In this document: positions 29,288-38,762 of the stretch, piece by piece
Layout: each line of letters opens with the position of its first letter
Numbering within the stretch: position 1 is the stretch's first letter
DNA from: Promethearchaeota archaeon
GTDB taxonomy: Archaea; Asgardarchaeota; Lokiarchaeia; Sigyniarchaeales; SOKP01
Length of the DNA stretch: 49,284 bases
Direction: 5' to 3'
Assembly (NCBI GenBank): GCA_004524535.1
Contig: SDNY01000009.1
Coordinates: forward strand, 1 to 49,284
Position numbers and translations under genes: made by a program
The notes under the pieces: model-generated
What the model saw: only the letters and a program-made list of their open reading frames with translations
Databases searched by the model: none
Told to the model about the DNA's origin: nothing

Positions 29288-31686
29288 TTACTGGGATAAA
29301 AAGAAAAACTACGGCTATAGAAAGTACATTTAGATTTTTTCAAACTGTTGATTTAATAATTAATCACTTTAAAAGAGAGGCGGACAAACAGAAAATATAT
29401 GAATTAACTGATTCATTTAATAAAGAAACAACTCTTAAAGATTTTTTAATTGCTACAGCCTCCATTCATTTATACCATAATATAGGTATCAGAGTTGAAG
29501 AAAGCAATGAAATAGACCAAATGACAGTTGATTCGACTAAGAATTTGGAGATTTTGGAAAAAAAAATATTATTTGACGAATTAAGTTTAATTCTAAAAGA
29601 TTCCTTAAATTTAGAAATAGATCTTCTTAATAGATTAATTAATTTAGAAAATAAAGTTATATCTTTTTTAATTGAAGAAAGGAAATCAACCTTAAAAGAT
29701 CTTGAAAAAAAACGCATGATAAAAGCAATAGAAGATCGTATTGAACAAGATTTAATAGAGATTGTATTAAAATATCCTCCATTCTACTTTTACGATTTAA
29801 TTGGTGATTTAATTGGTTTCACAGATAAGATCAAATTAGAGATATTAGATGAAAGTTCTGCTTTTAAAGACTTGTCTATTGAGTTAGAAAAGAAATTAAA
29901 AGGGAAAGAGAAGGAAGATAAAGTCATTGAACTATCTACTCTGAACAGATTAATTGAGAAAATTCAGACAATTTTTGAATTTAAATCTTACAAAGAATTA
30001 CAAACGCAAGCTATGCCTGTAAGGATGATTAAACGAAAAGTGATGGAGTATAATCTTAACCGTTTTCCAATTTCTATTCCCGGCTTAAATACCTTTCTAA
30101 AGGCAAATAATATAAAAAAACAACTAATTGAAAAAATTGGTATAGCTCTTAAAGAAAAAATTAATTACGAGCAATTTGAAAAAGATACGTTATTGTTTTT
30201 AAAGTCAGAAATAATCAAACAACTCAAAACAAATCCAAATGATTTTATATACTTTCTGCAAAATTTAAATGAAAGCAGTTTCAGAGAAATAATTTATATG
30301 CTAAATAAATACGGACTCTATAATATTTTACACCTAATTAATGCGGATGATAACTTAATACAAAAAATTAAACAAAATATGATTAGGTACAATATTGACA
30401 AATTTAATATAGTTGATTTAAATAAAGAAGAGAAAAATTTAATTTTCCTAGCTAAAAACGCCATAAGTACTTTAGATGTTCCATCCCTCAACAACATAAG
30501 AAAAAAATTTGATGATTTAGACGAGATTAATTTATTGAAATTATTAAACCAAGATTATAAGGCGCTCGATGAATTATGGAAAATAATAGAAGAAAAAATA
30601 GGATGTTCGATTAATGATTTTCGCGAATACGTAAGAAAAAAAGAAATAATTGATCGAGTTTTTCTTCAAGATTTAAAATTAAACTCCTATTCGCAGATTT
30701 TAACTCTCTTAAATTTTGAAGAAATTATTAATAATTTAACGAAGCAAATTTATTTTTATATCTTTTCAAAAATTGTAAGACAAATTAGTAGAATTATTGA
30801 AATTTATTTAAAAATTTCTAATGAAAAAGCATTGTTCCTTCTTGCCTTAAAAAAAATGGATGGGACGACAGAGTCCGAAAAGTGGATTTGGATTAAACTA
30901 GAAGAGCTAATTATCGTCCGAATAATAGCAATGCAAAAAGAACTAGTTGTAATTTTTAATGCTTTAAATCAACCATTTTTAGTAAATGGGTTTATTTTTG
31001 CTAGATTGACAAACTTATCTTTAAATGAGGGCATAAATGAATTTAAAGAAAAACCAAGTCTAATTTTTGAAAAAATTAAACCATTAAGGTTAAATGCAGA
31101 TATAATTTCTCCAGTTTCTTACTGTATTGCTTATGATTTAATTAAAAAATTTGAACAGGTTGAGGAAAAACGTAAATTAAAAGTTATACAGATCATAGAA
31201 TCTAAAGAAAAAGAAAAAGAAAAGAAAAAAGAAGAAATTAGAAAAAAACAAGAAATTAATACTTTAAATTGGATTGAAAGAAGAATAACCTCTTCGCTTA
31301 TGAGAATAAATAGTCCAGGTATCAATCCAAATCAGTTGTATTGGCAAGAAAAAGATACAAAAACGGCTATTGATAACATTAAACTTCATAGCGAATTAAA
31401 AGGAAATACTCTTGATTTATTTTCTGAATTTTTTCATTTTGCTGTTGAAAAAATTAAATTATTTGCCAAAGAAATGAAATTGCCTAACTATGAGATCATA
31501 AACAATATTGTAGTTGATATTTCTGAAAAAATATTAGAGGGAAGATTGGGGCATGCTCCCTCATCTCAAGAAATAGAAACTATGCTTGAAGGGGAAAGGT
31601 TTGAAATAGCAAAACAAATTTCTATTAGAATTGGGAAGATGTTAGATAAAGCTTTATATTCCAAATTTAAAAAAAAGGGAAGATAG
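29269..31686 (+). CDS. Large hypothetical protein (~800 aa, helical)
   Basis: Long ORF; the in-frame GTG at 29284 overlaps the upstream stop (GTGA) and has GGGTGA 7 nt before it, so it is the probable start. Confidence 0.8.
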   Translation: MGERIVITGIKRKTTAIESTFRFFQTVDLIINHFKREADKQKIYELTDSFNKETTLKDFLIATASIHLYHNIGIRVEESNEIDQMTVDSTKNLEILEKKILFDELSLILKDSLNLEIDLLNRLINLENKVISFLIEERKSTLKDLEKKRMIKAIEDRIEQDLIEIVLKYPPFYFYDLIGDLIGFTDKIKLEILDESSAFKDLSIELEKKLKGKEKEDKVIELSTLNRLIEKIQTIFEFKSYKELQTQAMPVRMIKRKVMEYNLNRFPISIPGLNTFLKANNIKKQLIEKIGIALKEKINYEQFEKDTLLFLKSEIIKQLKTNPNDFIYFLQNLNESSFREIIYMLNKYGLYNILHLINADDNLIQKIKQNMIRYNIDKFNIVDLNKEEKNLIFLAKNAISTLDVPSLNNIRKKFDDLDEINLLKLLNQDYKALDELWKIIEEKIGCSINDFREYVRKKEIIDRVFLQDLKLNSYSQILTLLNFEEIINNLTKQIYFYIFSKIVRQISRIIEIYLKISNEKALFLLALKKMDGTTESEKWIWIKLEELIIVRIIAMQKELVVIFNALNQPFLVNGFIFARLTNLSLNEGINEFKEKPSLIFEKIKPLRLNADIISPVSYCIAYDLIKKFEQVEEKRKLKVIQIIESKEKEKEKKKEEIRKKQEINTLNWIERRITSSLMRINSPGINPNQLYWQEKDTKTAIDNIKLHSELKGNTLDLFSEFFHFAVEKIKLFAKEMKLPNYEIINNIVVDISEKILEGRLGHAPSSQEIETMLEGERFEIAKQISIRIGKMLDKALYSKFKKKGR

Positions 31687-31795
31687 CCATTAAGGAGTTA
31701 TAATAAAAAAGAGAAAAATAATAAAGATATTAAAAATATCCAAACTTAATCTATTTACAAAATAAAGCAATTTTATACATAATCTATAATAAAAA

Positions 31796-32050
31796 ATGTC
31801 GTGGATTAAAAAGCAAATACAATATTTAATAGAATCTATATGGCAGATGATCCAAGGGTTTATTTTATTTTCCCTGGCGTTCTCTGGTTTAGGATGTGCG
31901 CTATTATTAAGGCATGTTGGATATAATGGAATCGTTATTTCTGGGGTTAGTATTGTTGTTGAGGGAATTGCATTAGTTTTATGTTATTTCTTATTTAAGC
32001 GTTATTTAAAAATAGAAGAAATTAAAGTACCTGAGTCAAAAAAAAAGTAA
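31796..32050 (+). CDS. Small two-TM membrane protein
   Basis: Two hydrophobic segments and a basic tail. Confidence 0.65.
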   Translation: MSWIKKQIQYLIESIWQMIQGFILFSLAFSGLGCALLLRHVGYNGIVISGVSIVVEGIALVLCYFLFKRYLKIEEIKVPESKKK

Positions 32051-32071
32051 GATTAATATTTTTCATTTATT

Positions 32072-32806
32072 CTACACAAGATTCTCCCAATTTCTTTTTA
32101 TTTTATGAGAGATTAGATAATCTTTAATATCATTCAATAGGATTTCTGGATTATATTCCCAGGCTTCGTATTTATTAAATGAAATACATTTTAAATGTTT
32201 TATTTGGAGAATTTGTTTAATTAAAAGCCCATAAACAGCTACTTGTGGAAGTGAGACTATAAAATTACCCTCTGGCTTATAATCTATTATTTTTATCATG
32301 TTATTTTGAATTTGAATCAAATCAATATGTCCTGTAATGTTTATACCATTTTTAGTCATCCAGATTGGAACCTCAATAGCTATAGAGTCCTTATCCTTAA
32401 TTAAGATATTTTTTAAAATAGGATTATGCCCCGGTTTCTTATTTAACTGATTTCTATGAAATGCATTGTATACTTTTTGAGCATAATTTGGTAATTTGGT
32501 GTTTGAGTCAAATTTTATAATCTTCCCTGAACGAATTAAGTTCTTACTAAAACTCCTCAGAAATGCATTATTAAGACCTCTAATCTTAAATTGAGAAACT
32601 CTAGGAAGATCCTTTCTGTTAAATAAATTATTTGGTATTACCCCTTGATAGACTTTTTTAAGATAGATTCCAAGTTTTCTATACTCTTCTTGATTAGAAT
32701 TTAATTGATTAAGTTTTTCTTTATGGTTTTTTAGATTCCAATTAAAACTATATTTAATATTTTGATGATAAAAATCACGATGCTTTAGCATTGATTTTGA
32801 AACCAT
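32072..32806 (-). CDS. PD-(D/E)XK (RecB-like) nuclease family protein
   Basis: IAIEVPI, ITGHIDLI, IIDYKP, QVAVY (QxxxY). Confidence 0.85.
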   Translation of the reverse strand: MVSKSMLKHRDFYHQNIKYSFNWNLKNHKEKLNQLNSNQEEYRKLGIYLKKVYQGVIPNNLFNRKDLPRVSQFKIRGLNNAFLRSFSKNLIRSGKIIKFDSNTKLPNYAQKVYNAFHRNQLNKKPGHNPILKNILIKDKDSIAIEVPIWMTKNGINITGHIDLIQIQNNMIKIIDYKPEGNFIVSLPQVAVYGLLIKQILQIKHLKCISFNKYEAWEYNPEILLNDIKDYLISHKIKRNWENLV

Positions 32807-33069
32807 TAAAGCTTTTAATTGATTTGAGCTTCTTGAATTAATTAATTTATTTATTTTAATAAAGGTAATATATTAACATTTTATTAATTTCTTAAGAGAT
32901 TTTAAAATCTTTTCGTTGATACTAACAATATAATTAATAATTTTAGCAGAAAATAGAATTACATTAAAAACATAATTCTAAGATTTTTTAGCATCGTTTA
33001 AACATAATAAAATTTATAGATTTCAGTTGATTTCTAATAATAAGGAATAAATTATTGAAAAAAAGTGGT

Positions 33070-33144
33070 GGGCCTATAGCCAAGCCTGGATATGGCGTCG
33101 GACTTCTAATCCGAAGATCGCAGGTTCGAATCCTGCTAGGCCCG
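33070..33144 (+). tRNA. tRNA-Arg (anticodon TCT), CCA not encoded
   Basis: Acceptor GGGCCTA/TAGGCCC; anticodon arm TCGGA-CTTCTAA-TCCGA; T arm GCAGG-TTCGAAT-CCTGC. Confidence 0.97.
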
Positions 33145-33395
33145 CTAAAGAGATTCCAAAGATTTTTTAAATAACTTTCAATTTTTCTTTTTCTTTAATA
33201 TTGATGCACCATTTCAATGGTCGTATTATATTTTAGATTAAATATATTGACATTATATATTAATTATAAAAATGCAGTAATTTAGAAAAATAGACAATAA
33301 TTATAATTCTAAATTACTAATTAATTATTAATTAAAAAGAATTATTTTTTAATCATTTGAAGCAATTTTTAACTTATTGAGGTGCTTTTTGAAAC

Positions 33396-34415
33396 TTGAC
33401 ATATGAAAAGAAAAAAGAGTCAGATTTATTTCAGAACTTAACGATGCAAAAGAAAGAACTTAATGAAGCAAAAGAAAGAATTTCGGAGGTTACAAAAGAA
33501 TTAAATGTGTATAAGAATAAAGAAACAGAATTAAATGGTAAGATTCAAGAACTTCAAGCTGGAACTCAAAAATTTCAAGCAGAAATTCAAAAACTCCAAG
33601 CTGAAATTGAAATTTCAAAGGAAAAAGTAAAAAATTTAGATCTCTTAAATGAGAGAATTGATTCCTTAGAAAATGAAAAGAGTAATTTAAATAAGAAATT
33701 AGAATTAAAAGAAAAAAAAATTGAAGAATTACTTCAAGATAAGGAGATTTTATTAAAAGAAAAATCTGACATATTAGAAAGTAAAAATGAAATTTTAGAG
33801 CAAGTAAAAAAAAAAGAATTAGAATTACAAGAAAAAGAGCAAAAACTTGAAGATTTAAAGGAAAAATTCAAACAATCAAGTTCAGACCTTCTTAGTAAAA
33901 CTATGGAAATTGATAAGTTAAGAAAAAAAGACGAGAGTTTGAAAGTCCAAAATGATTTACAGAAATCCCAATTAAAAAAAAAGGAAGAATTGGAAAAAGA
34001 GTTAACTGGTGGCACTCGAGTGATTTCGAGTATAGAGGATTTATTTGAAATAATAAAAGAAGTTTTACCTCAAGCTAAAAGTAGTATAAGGCTAGTTGTA
34101 CCTGATATTCAAGATATAAATAAATTTAATTTGATAGATACAATTAAGGAAATACCAAATAAAGTTAGACTAAATATTGCAGCAAAAATTGACGATCCAT
34201 TAGGCGATGATCTTTCTAGGGAGTTAAGAAACTATTGTCAATTAACAAATTATTTCGAAAAAAGAATTATTGCGTTATTTGTAGATTCCTCAATAATTTT
34301 GATTGGAATTTTTAAAGGTATGAATGTAATTGGTATTTATTCGGAATTATTAGAAATTATAGAAATATTAAAGCCAGCTATAATGGAACCTTTCATAAAA
34401 GGTATTAAAATTTAA
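33396..34415 (+). CDS. Long coiled-coil protein with C-terminal PLD/TrmB-like alpha-beta domain
   Basis: ~200 aa of E/K/L heptads, then IIKEVLPQAKSSIRLVVP...IIALFVDSSIILIG; GAGGTG upstream of the TTG start. Confidence 0.65.
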   Translation: MTYEKKKESDLFQNLTMQKKELNEAKERISEVTKELNVYKNKETELNGKIQELQAGTQKFQAEIQKLQAEIEISKEKVKNLDLLNERIDSLENEKSNLNKKLELKEKKIEELLQDKEILLKEKSDILESKNEILEQVKKKELELQEKEQKLEDLKEKFKQSSSDLLSKTMEIDKLRKKDESLKVQNDLQKSQLKKKEELEKELTGGTRVISSIEDLFEIIKEVLPQAKSSIRLVVPDIQDINKFNLIDTIKEIPNKVRLNIAAKIDDPLGDDLSRELRNYCQLTNYFEKRIIALFVDSSIILIGIFKGMNVIGIYSELLEIIEILKPAIMEPFIKGIKI

Positions 34416-34461
34416 ACCTCTCATTCTTGATTAAAAAAAATTCATTTTATGTAATTTCTTT

Positions 34462-35616
34462 TTAATTATTTGATTTTATTAATAAATCTAGTGCAATTAA
34501 ATCTGATTTTGGTGAATATGATTTAACAATTTTAGCATTGAGCTCTTTCTCAACAAACCAGTTTAATTCATTTAATTTTGATTTTAGATTTTTTAGAGAT
34601 TTTTCAATTTGTTTAGGTTTTTCACAAAATTGATAATTATGTAGAATTCCGCCAGTTTTCTTCATTAAAAAGCAGACTACATCTGTGTACTCTAATGATT
34701 TTTCAGGTAAATTCATAATTATTCTATCTGCTTTGCCTTTTAACGACTTTCCTAATTTATTTGAAGGATCAAGAAGGCTTTTAATGTCTAAATTATACGG
34801 AATAACCTTACCTTTCATTTTATTTAATTTAATATTTTCCATAATATAATTAAAGGCATCCGGATTAATATCAAAAGAATAGATAATGACATTATATTTC
34901 TTAGCAATCTGAATTGAAATAGGACCAACTCCTGCAAATAAATCAACGATAATTTCATTTGGTTTAATATTGCTTGAGGCAATTCTTCGCCTTTCAAAAA
35001 TTAATCTTGGTGTAAAGAAAGTACGTTTTACATCAAGTTTAAAAATACATTTATTCTCCTTATAGATTATTTCGGACTTATTTTCACCATATAAAAGAGT
35101 TAATTCTCTTATTCTATATTTTCCTTTTATTTGGCTAGATTTTTCATAGACTGTTTTAACTCTTTTATTAGTTATCGTTATTGCTTTTGCTATTTTTTCT
35201 TTAAATGAATTAATTTCTTCTTTATCGTAGGAGCCAGATTTATCATATTCAATTATCGCTATATCGCCTAGTATATCATAAGATTTCGGAATTAGAAAAA
35301 GATATCTATCTGGAATTTTATTTTTTAAAAAATCTTGAAGAGATTTGTATTTATATTTAGGATTTGGAATAGCTCTTTTAGAGACTAATTGAAAATCACA
35401 GGTTTTTCCAATGGATTCAATTAATTTGTCTAAAAAATCCTTATTTTCAATTAATGGGAATAAAATGTAATCATTTTCTCTTAGAATCTTATGTTTTTTA
35501 TCAATTATTTTTTGATTTTTAAAATTTTTATTTAATAACTTGATTAACGTTTGTCCATTTTCTTTTTTTATTTTAAGATACTGGATATCTTTCGTATTAT
35601 TGTCTTTAATTATCAT
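34462..35616 (-). CDS. trm5: tRNA (guanine-37-N1) methyltransferase Trm5/TYW2 family
   Basis: SYDILGDIAII, FFTPRLIFERRRI, VDLFAGVGPISI, DINPDA, DRIIMNLP. Confidence 0.92.
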   Translation of the reverse strand: MIIKDNNTKDIQYLKIKKENGQTLIKLLNKNFKNQKIIDKKHKILRENDYILFPLIENKDFLDKLIESIGKTCDFQLVSKRAIPNPKYKYKSLQDFLKNKIPDRYLFLIPKSYDILGDIAIIEYDKSGSYDKEEINSFKEKIAKAITITNKRVKTVYEKSSQIKGKYRIRELTLLYGENKSEIIYKENKCIFKLDVKRTFFTPRLIFERRRIASSNIKPNEIIVDLFAGVGPISIQIAKKYNVIIYSFDINPDAFNYIMENIKLNKMKGKVIPYNLDIKSLLDPSNKLGKSLKGKADRIIMNLPEKSLEYTDVVCFLMKKTGGILHNYQFCEKPKQIEKSLKNLKSKLNELNWFVEKELNAKIVKSYSPKSDLIALDLLIKSNN

Positions 35617-36034
35617 CGTTTACTTCAAATATTACTGAAAATTTAATAGGAGGATTTTTTAATTTTTTAATCAATTTGCGACTTAGATCATTTGATGATT
35701 TTGAACAATTAATTAAAACAGTTCTATTACAAATATAATCACTTTTTCGGAAAACTAGATCATTTTTATCTAATAAAGTTAAATATTTATTTCCGAAACC
35801 GAAAAATGAATCGGTTAAATTCTCAACTTTTATTGAGACCTTAATTTTTTTTTCATTTTTAATATATTTTTTTAAATTAGGATTAAGATCTATACACGAC
35901 TTTGTAGCGCTAATCCCCAAAATACAGTTCCCTCTTTTCGTAAGAGAATTCTCTTTCGTCAATTCAATAGTAGTTTTATGAGTACAGAGAATATTTTCGT
36001 GTCCATAAGCAGAAATTTTTTCCAATATCATCAT
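35606..36034 (-). CDS. DUF371 family protein
   Basis: AYGHENILCTHKTTIELTKENSLTKRGNCILGI, LVFRKSDY. Confidence 0.9.
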   Translation of the reverse strand: MMILEKISAYGHENILCTHKTTIELTKENSLTKRGNCILGISATKSCIDLNPNLKKYIKNEKKIKVSIKVENLTDSFFGFGNKYLTLLDKNDLVFRKSDYICNRTVLINCSKSSNDLSRKLIKKLKNPPIKFSVIFEVNDDN

Positions 36035-37686
36035 TTGTTTTTATCATCTTTAAAATAATGCAATAAATCTTGTAAATTGTTAAAAATTGAAAATTTTGAT
36101 TCAAATTTAGATTTTAATATGTACTCTAATCCTTGAATTGGATTATTTTTAGAAAAATCAACATTTTCACCGAACTGGTTAATATATTTTTCCGGGATTA
36201 AAACACCACATTTTTGATAATACTCAAAATTATTTTTAATAAATTCTTCAAATTTTTCTAATGAATTCTTATATAATAAATCGTCTTTTGCAGAAGAAAT
36301 GATTGATTCGCATTGTCCCATTGGATAGAGTTCGGATAATTCAAGAGGGATTACTCCGTAAAATTCTGTAATAAAAACAACATGTAAGGATTCCCTAGGA
36401 ATTATTATACAATTATTTATAGTTTCCAACCACTTCTTTATAGTTGGAGAATTTTTACCTTTTACATCTAATTCTGGCAAAATTATTAGATATTTTGCTT
36501 CTTTAGGAACACGATAATTAGTTTTAAGCTTTTTTTCATATCTATAAATAATAGGTCTATTAAGGCTTTCATTAGATGCAAATAGTCTTCCGTGCTTTTT
36601 GTAAATCTTTTCATAGATTTCAAATAAATCATTATAATCTTTGATTACTTCTGTTGCTTTTATAAGATTTGGATGGTTCCTTATTCTTTGCTCCACGAGT
36701 TCCCATAAATTTCCATTTCTTATAGCTTGTCGGATTGTTTTTAATTCAGAAAAAGAGAGATATAAATTATGTTTTGCCAACAGTTCAACTCTTAATTTTT
36801 CATCAAATGTTTTTATTTCCTTAGGATTATATTTACAGCAAATGGGGCAATGGCAAGGAAATTCTTCTAAATCCTCAAGTCTTTTTGTTCCTGTTGCTAA
36901 TGTGAAGTACCGATTTTCTTTAGCGAATAAGATATATGCCGCAGAATCCATTAAATCACATCCGCACGCAACAGCTAAGGAAAAAAATTGCGGTAATCCT
37001 AATCCAAACATATGTAAGGGTTTGTCAGATACAAGATTTTTTTTCACAGTTAATAGGATTTTAAGTGTTAAATCAAATCTGTAATCCAAGAATGCTTTTA
37101 CTAATCCTCCAATCGCATATATCCCAAAATTAAGTTTGCTCATTTCAATAGTACTTAGTTTCAATAAATCAAAATATTTTGAACCATGTATCGGTCCAAA
37201 CCAGCTACAACTTTTATTTGTTCTTCTTTTAATATTATCTTTTGCTCTGCTTATTGTCGTAAGTACTTTAGTTTTAGCTGTTTCATAATCATCGTTTAAT
37301 TGGACAGGGACATCTAAAAAAACTGGAAAATCTGAGCCAATATTTTCCTGAAATTTTTCGATTGTGTCTGGATCGATATTTAAATTGTCATTATTATACA
37401 TATACTGTTGAAATGCACCGCAATCTGTCGCGATTAATCCATCAAAATCTAAATATCGATGTATCCCCTTTTTCAAGACATCCTCTTTTATTTGAGCGTT
37501 TTGATAAATGATATAAGCGTTAGTAAATAGACATTGAGCACCAAAACTTTTTAATTCTGAAGGAGTTATTATATTTTTATAAGGGTGGACAACGGGAAAG
37601 AGATTAGGGGTAATTATCTCCCTAGAACGAAATTTAATTTTTCCAATTCTGCCGAGGGCATCTACATCTATTATTTCATAATTCAT
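36031..37686 (-). CDS. tgtA: Archaeosine tRNA-guanine(15) transglycosylase
   Basis: TPNLFPVV, TNAYII, ATDCGAFQ, PLHMFGLG, GCDLMDSAAY, Zn site CHCPIC...HN, LWELVEQR. Confidence 0.94.
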   Translation of the reverse strand: MNYEIIDVDALGRIGKIKFRSREIITPNLFPVVHPYKNIITPSELKSFGAQCLFTNAYIIYQNAQIKEDVLKKGIHRYLDFDGLIATDCGAFQQYMYNNDNLNIDPDTIEKFQENIGSDFPVFLDVPVQLNDDYETAKTKVLTTISRAKDNIKRRTNKSCSWFGPIHGSKYFDLLKLSTIEMSKLNFGIYAIGGLVKAFLDYRFDLTLKILLTVKKNLVSDKPLHMFGLGLPQFFSLAVACGCDLMDSAAYILFAKENRYFTLATGTKRLEDLEEFPCHCPICCKYNPKEIKTFDEKLRVELLAKHNLYLSFSELKTIRQAIRNGNLWELVEQRIRNHPNLIKATEVIKDYNDLFEIYEKIYKKHGRLFASNESLNRPIIYRYEKKLKTNYRVPKEAKYLIILPELDVKGKNSPTIKKWLETINNCIIIPRESLHVVFITEFYGVIPLELSELYPMGQCESIISSAKDDLLYKNSLEKFEEFIKNNFEYYQKCGVLIPEKYINQFGENVDFSKNNPIQGLEYILKSKFESKFSIFNNLQDLLHYFKDDKNK

Positions 37687-37718
37687 ATTAATTATAATTA
37701 AAATTTTTCAGTTATTTT

Positions 37719-38312
37719 TTAGTCAAAAAATTCATCTATACGGTCGTTTTGAGAGAGAATTTCAAGCCAATCTATTTTTCCGAGGATATATTTTTCTACA
37801 TTAATATTATTTACAATTAAATCTATTATAATTTTTGCTATAGAGTCTATAGTTAAATTAGTAGTCTCAATTTCATACATAGGTGATTTTATTTGTTTTT
37901 GAATTAAAAAGTTGGTACAATTTCCTAGAATTTCTGCCTGTATATTTTCTCTGATTTTTTCAATGTTATATCCTCTTATTTCTAGTCTTTTATATAATTC
38001 ATCTGGATTACATCTTAAAATAATAGCATAATCAATATATTTCTCAGGGATGGCATCAGAAAAGTGGCCTTCGATTAAAAGGAAATCTATATTTTCCTTA
38101 TTATATAATTCAATTAGATTTTCTACATACGGAATTAATTTATTAAAATCTACGATATGAGTTTCTCTCTTTTTATCATATTTAACTGTTAAATTTTCTG
38201 AAACTGTGAGTTCATTTAATGAAATGATTTTAGCATTAATTTTTTCAGAAATCTTTTTTGAAACTGAAGTCTTGCCGCATCCAGGAGTTCCAGAAATTAT
38301 AATAATTTTCAT
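37719..38312 (-). CDS. Adenylate kinase 6 / Fap7 (hCINAP) family
   Basis: ISGTPGCGKT, IEGH, ILRCNP, RLEIRGY...KIRENIQAEILG. Confidence 0.92.
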   Translation of the reverse strand: MKIIIISGTPGCGKTSVSKKISEKINAKIISLNELTVSENLTVKYDKKRETHIVDFNKLIPYVENLIELYNKENIDFLLIEGHFSDAIPEKYIDYAIILRCNPDELYKRLEIRGYNIEKIRENIQAEILGNCTNFLIQKQIKSPMYEIETTNLTIDSIAKIIIDLIVNNINVEKYILGKIDWLEILSQNDRIDEFFD

Positions 38313-38490
38313 TTAACAATAATTAAAAGAGAAAATTGATTAAAAAAATAATGGTTAATTAGTGTTATTATACAATACGGAAATCCCAGACATATTCAAT
38401 GCAAAGGGAGGCTATTCACAACGAGAATAATATTTTTTCTCTCATGAGAGTAATATTTTAAGCTGAAGTTTTGCAACCAGATGTGAGCAT

Positions 38491-38594
38491 TGGTGCGGGG
38501 AGGGGGCTTCGAACCCCCGACCTCACGGTTTCCAGCCGTACTTATCAAGTTACGGTTATCAGCCGTGCGCTATACCAGGCTAAGCCATCTCCGC
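38491..38594 (-). tRNA. tRNA-Ile (anticodon GAT) with 27-nt intron at 37/38 (38556-38530), CCA encoded
   Basis: GCGGAGA...CACGG-CTGATA[ACCGTAACTTGATAAGTACGGCTGGAA]A-CCGTG...GGGGG-TTCGAAG-CCCCC-TCCCCGC-ACCA. Confidence 0.92.
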
Positions 38595-38762
38595 ACGTCG
38601 TTTTATATGATTAAAATAGTTTGTTTGATTTTAATCAATAAATTATGGCTTAATGATTAATTCTAAGTATAAATAATTAAAAAATTTTTTGAAGAGCTTC
38701 ATACCTAAATTTTATTAGGCAAAAGGATATAAATTTAAATGTAAATAAAAAGAGTGAGTTAA

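Noticed and set aside
32072-32806. Cas4 / CRISPR locus
   Set aside because: No four-Cys cluster, no other cas genes and no repeat-spacer array in the window.
33396-34415. SMC/Rad50 or ESCRT-III annotation for the coiled-coil protein
   Set aside because: No Walker motifs, hinge or Snf7 pattern; any similarity would be compositional.
2022-37084. Short track ORFs overlapping well-supported genes (e.g. 2022-2243, 6546-6887, 7494-7742, 9922-10149, 14571-14915, 15393-15725, 16678-17085, 22389-22766, 33734-34015, 36641-37084)
   Set aside because: Antisense shadows with no motifs and composition typical of reverse-complemented coding sequence.
33070-38594. Integrated element bounded by the tRNA genes
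   Set aside because: No integrase, no duplicated tRNA 3' end seen, and most of the enclosed genes are housekeeping.
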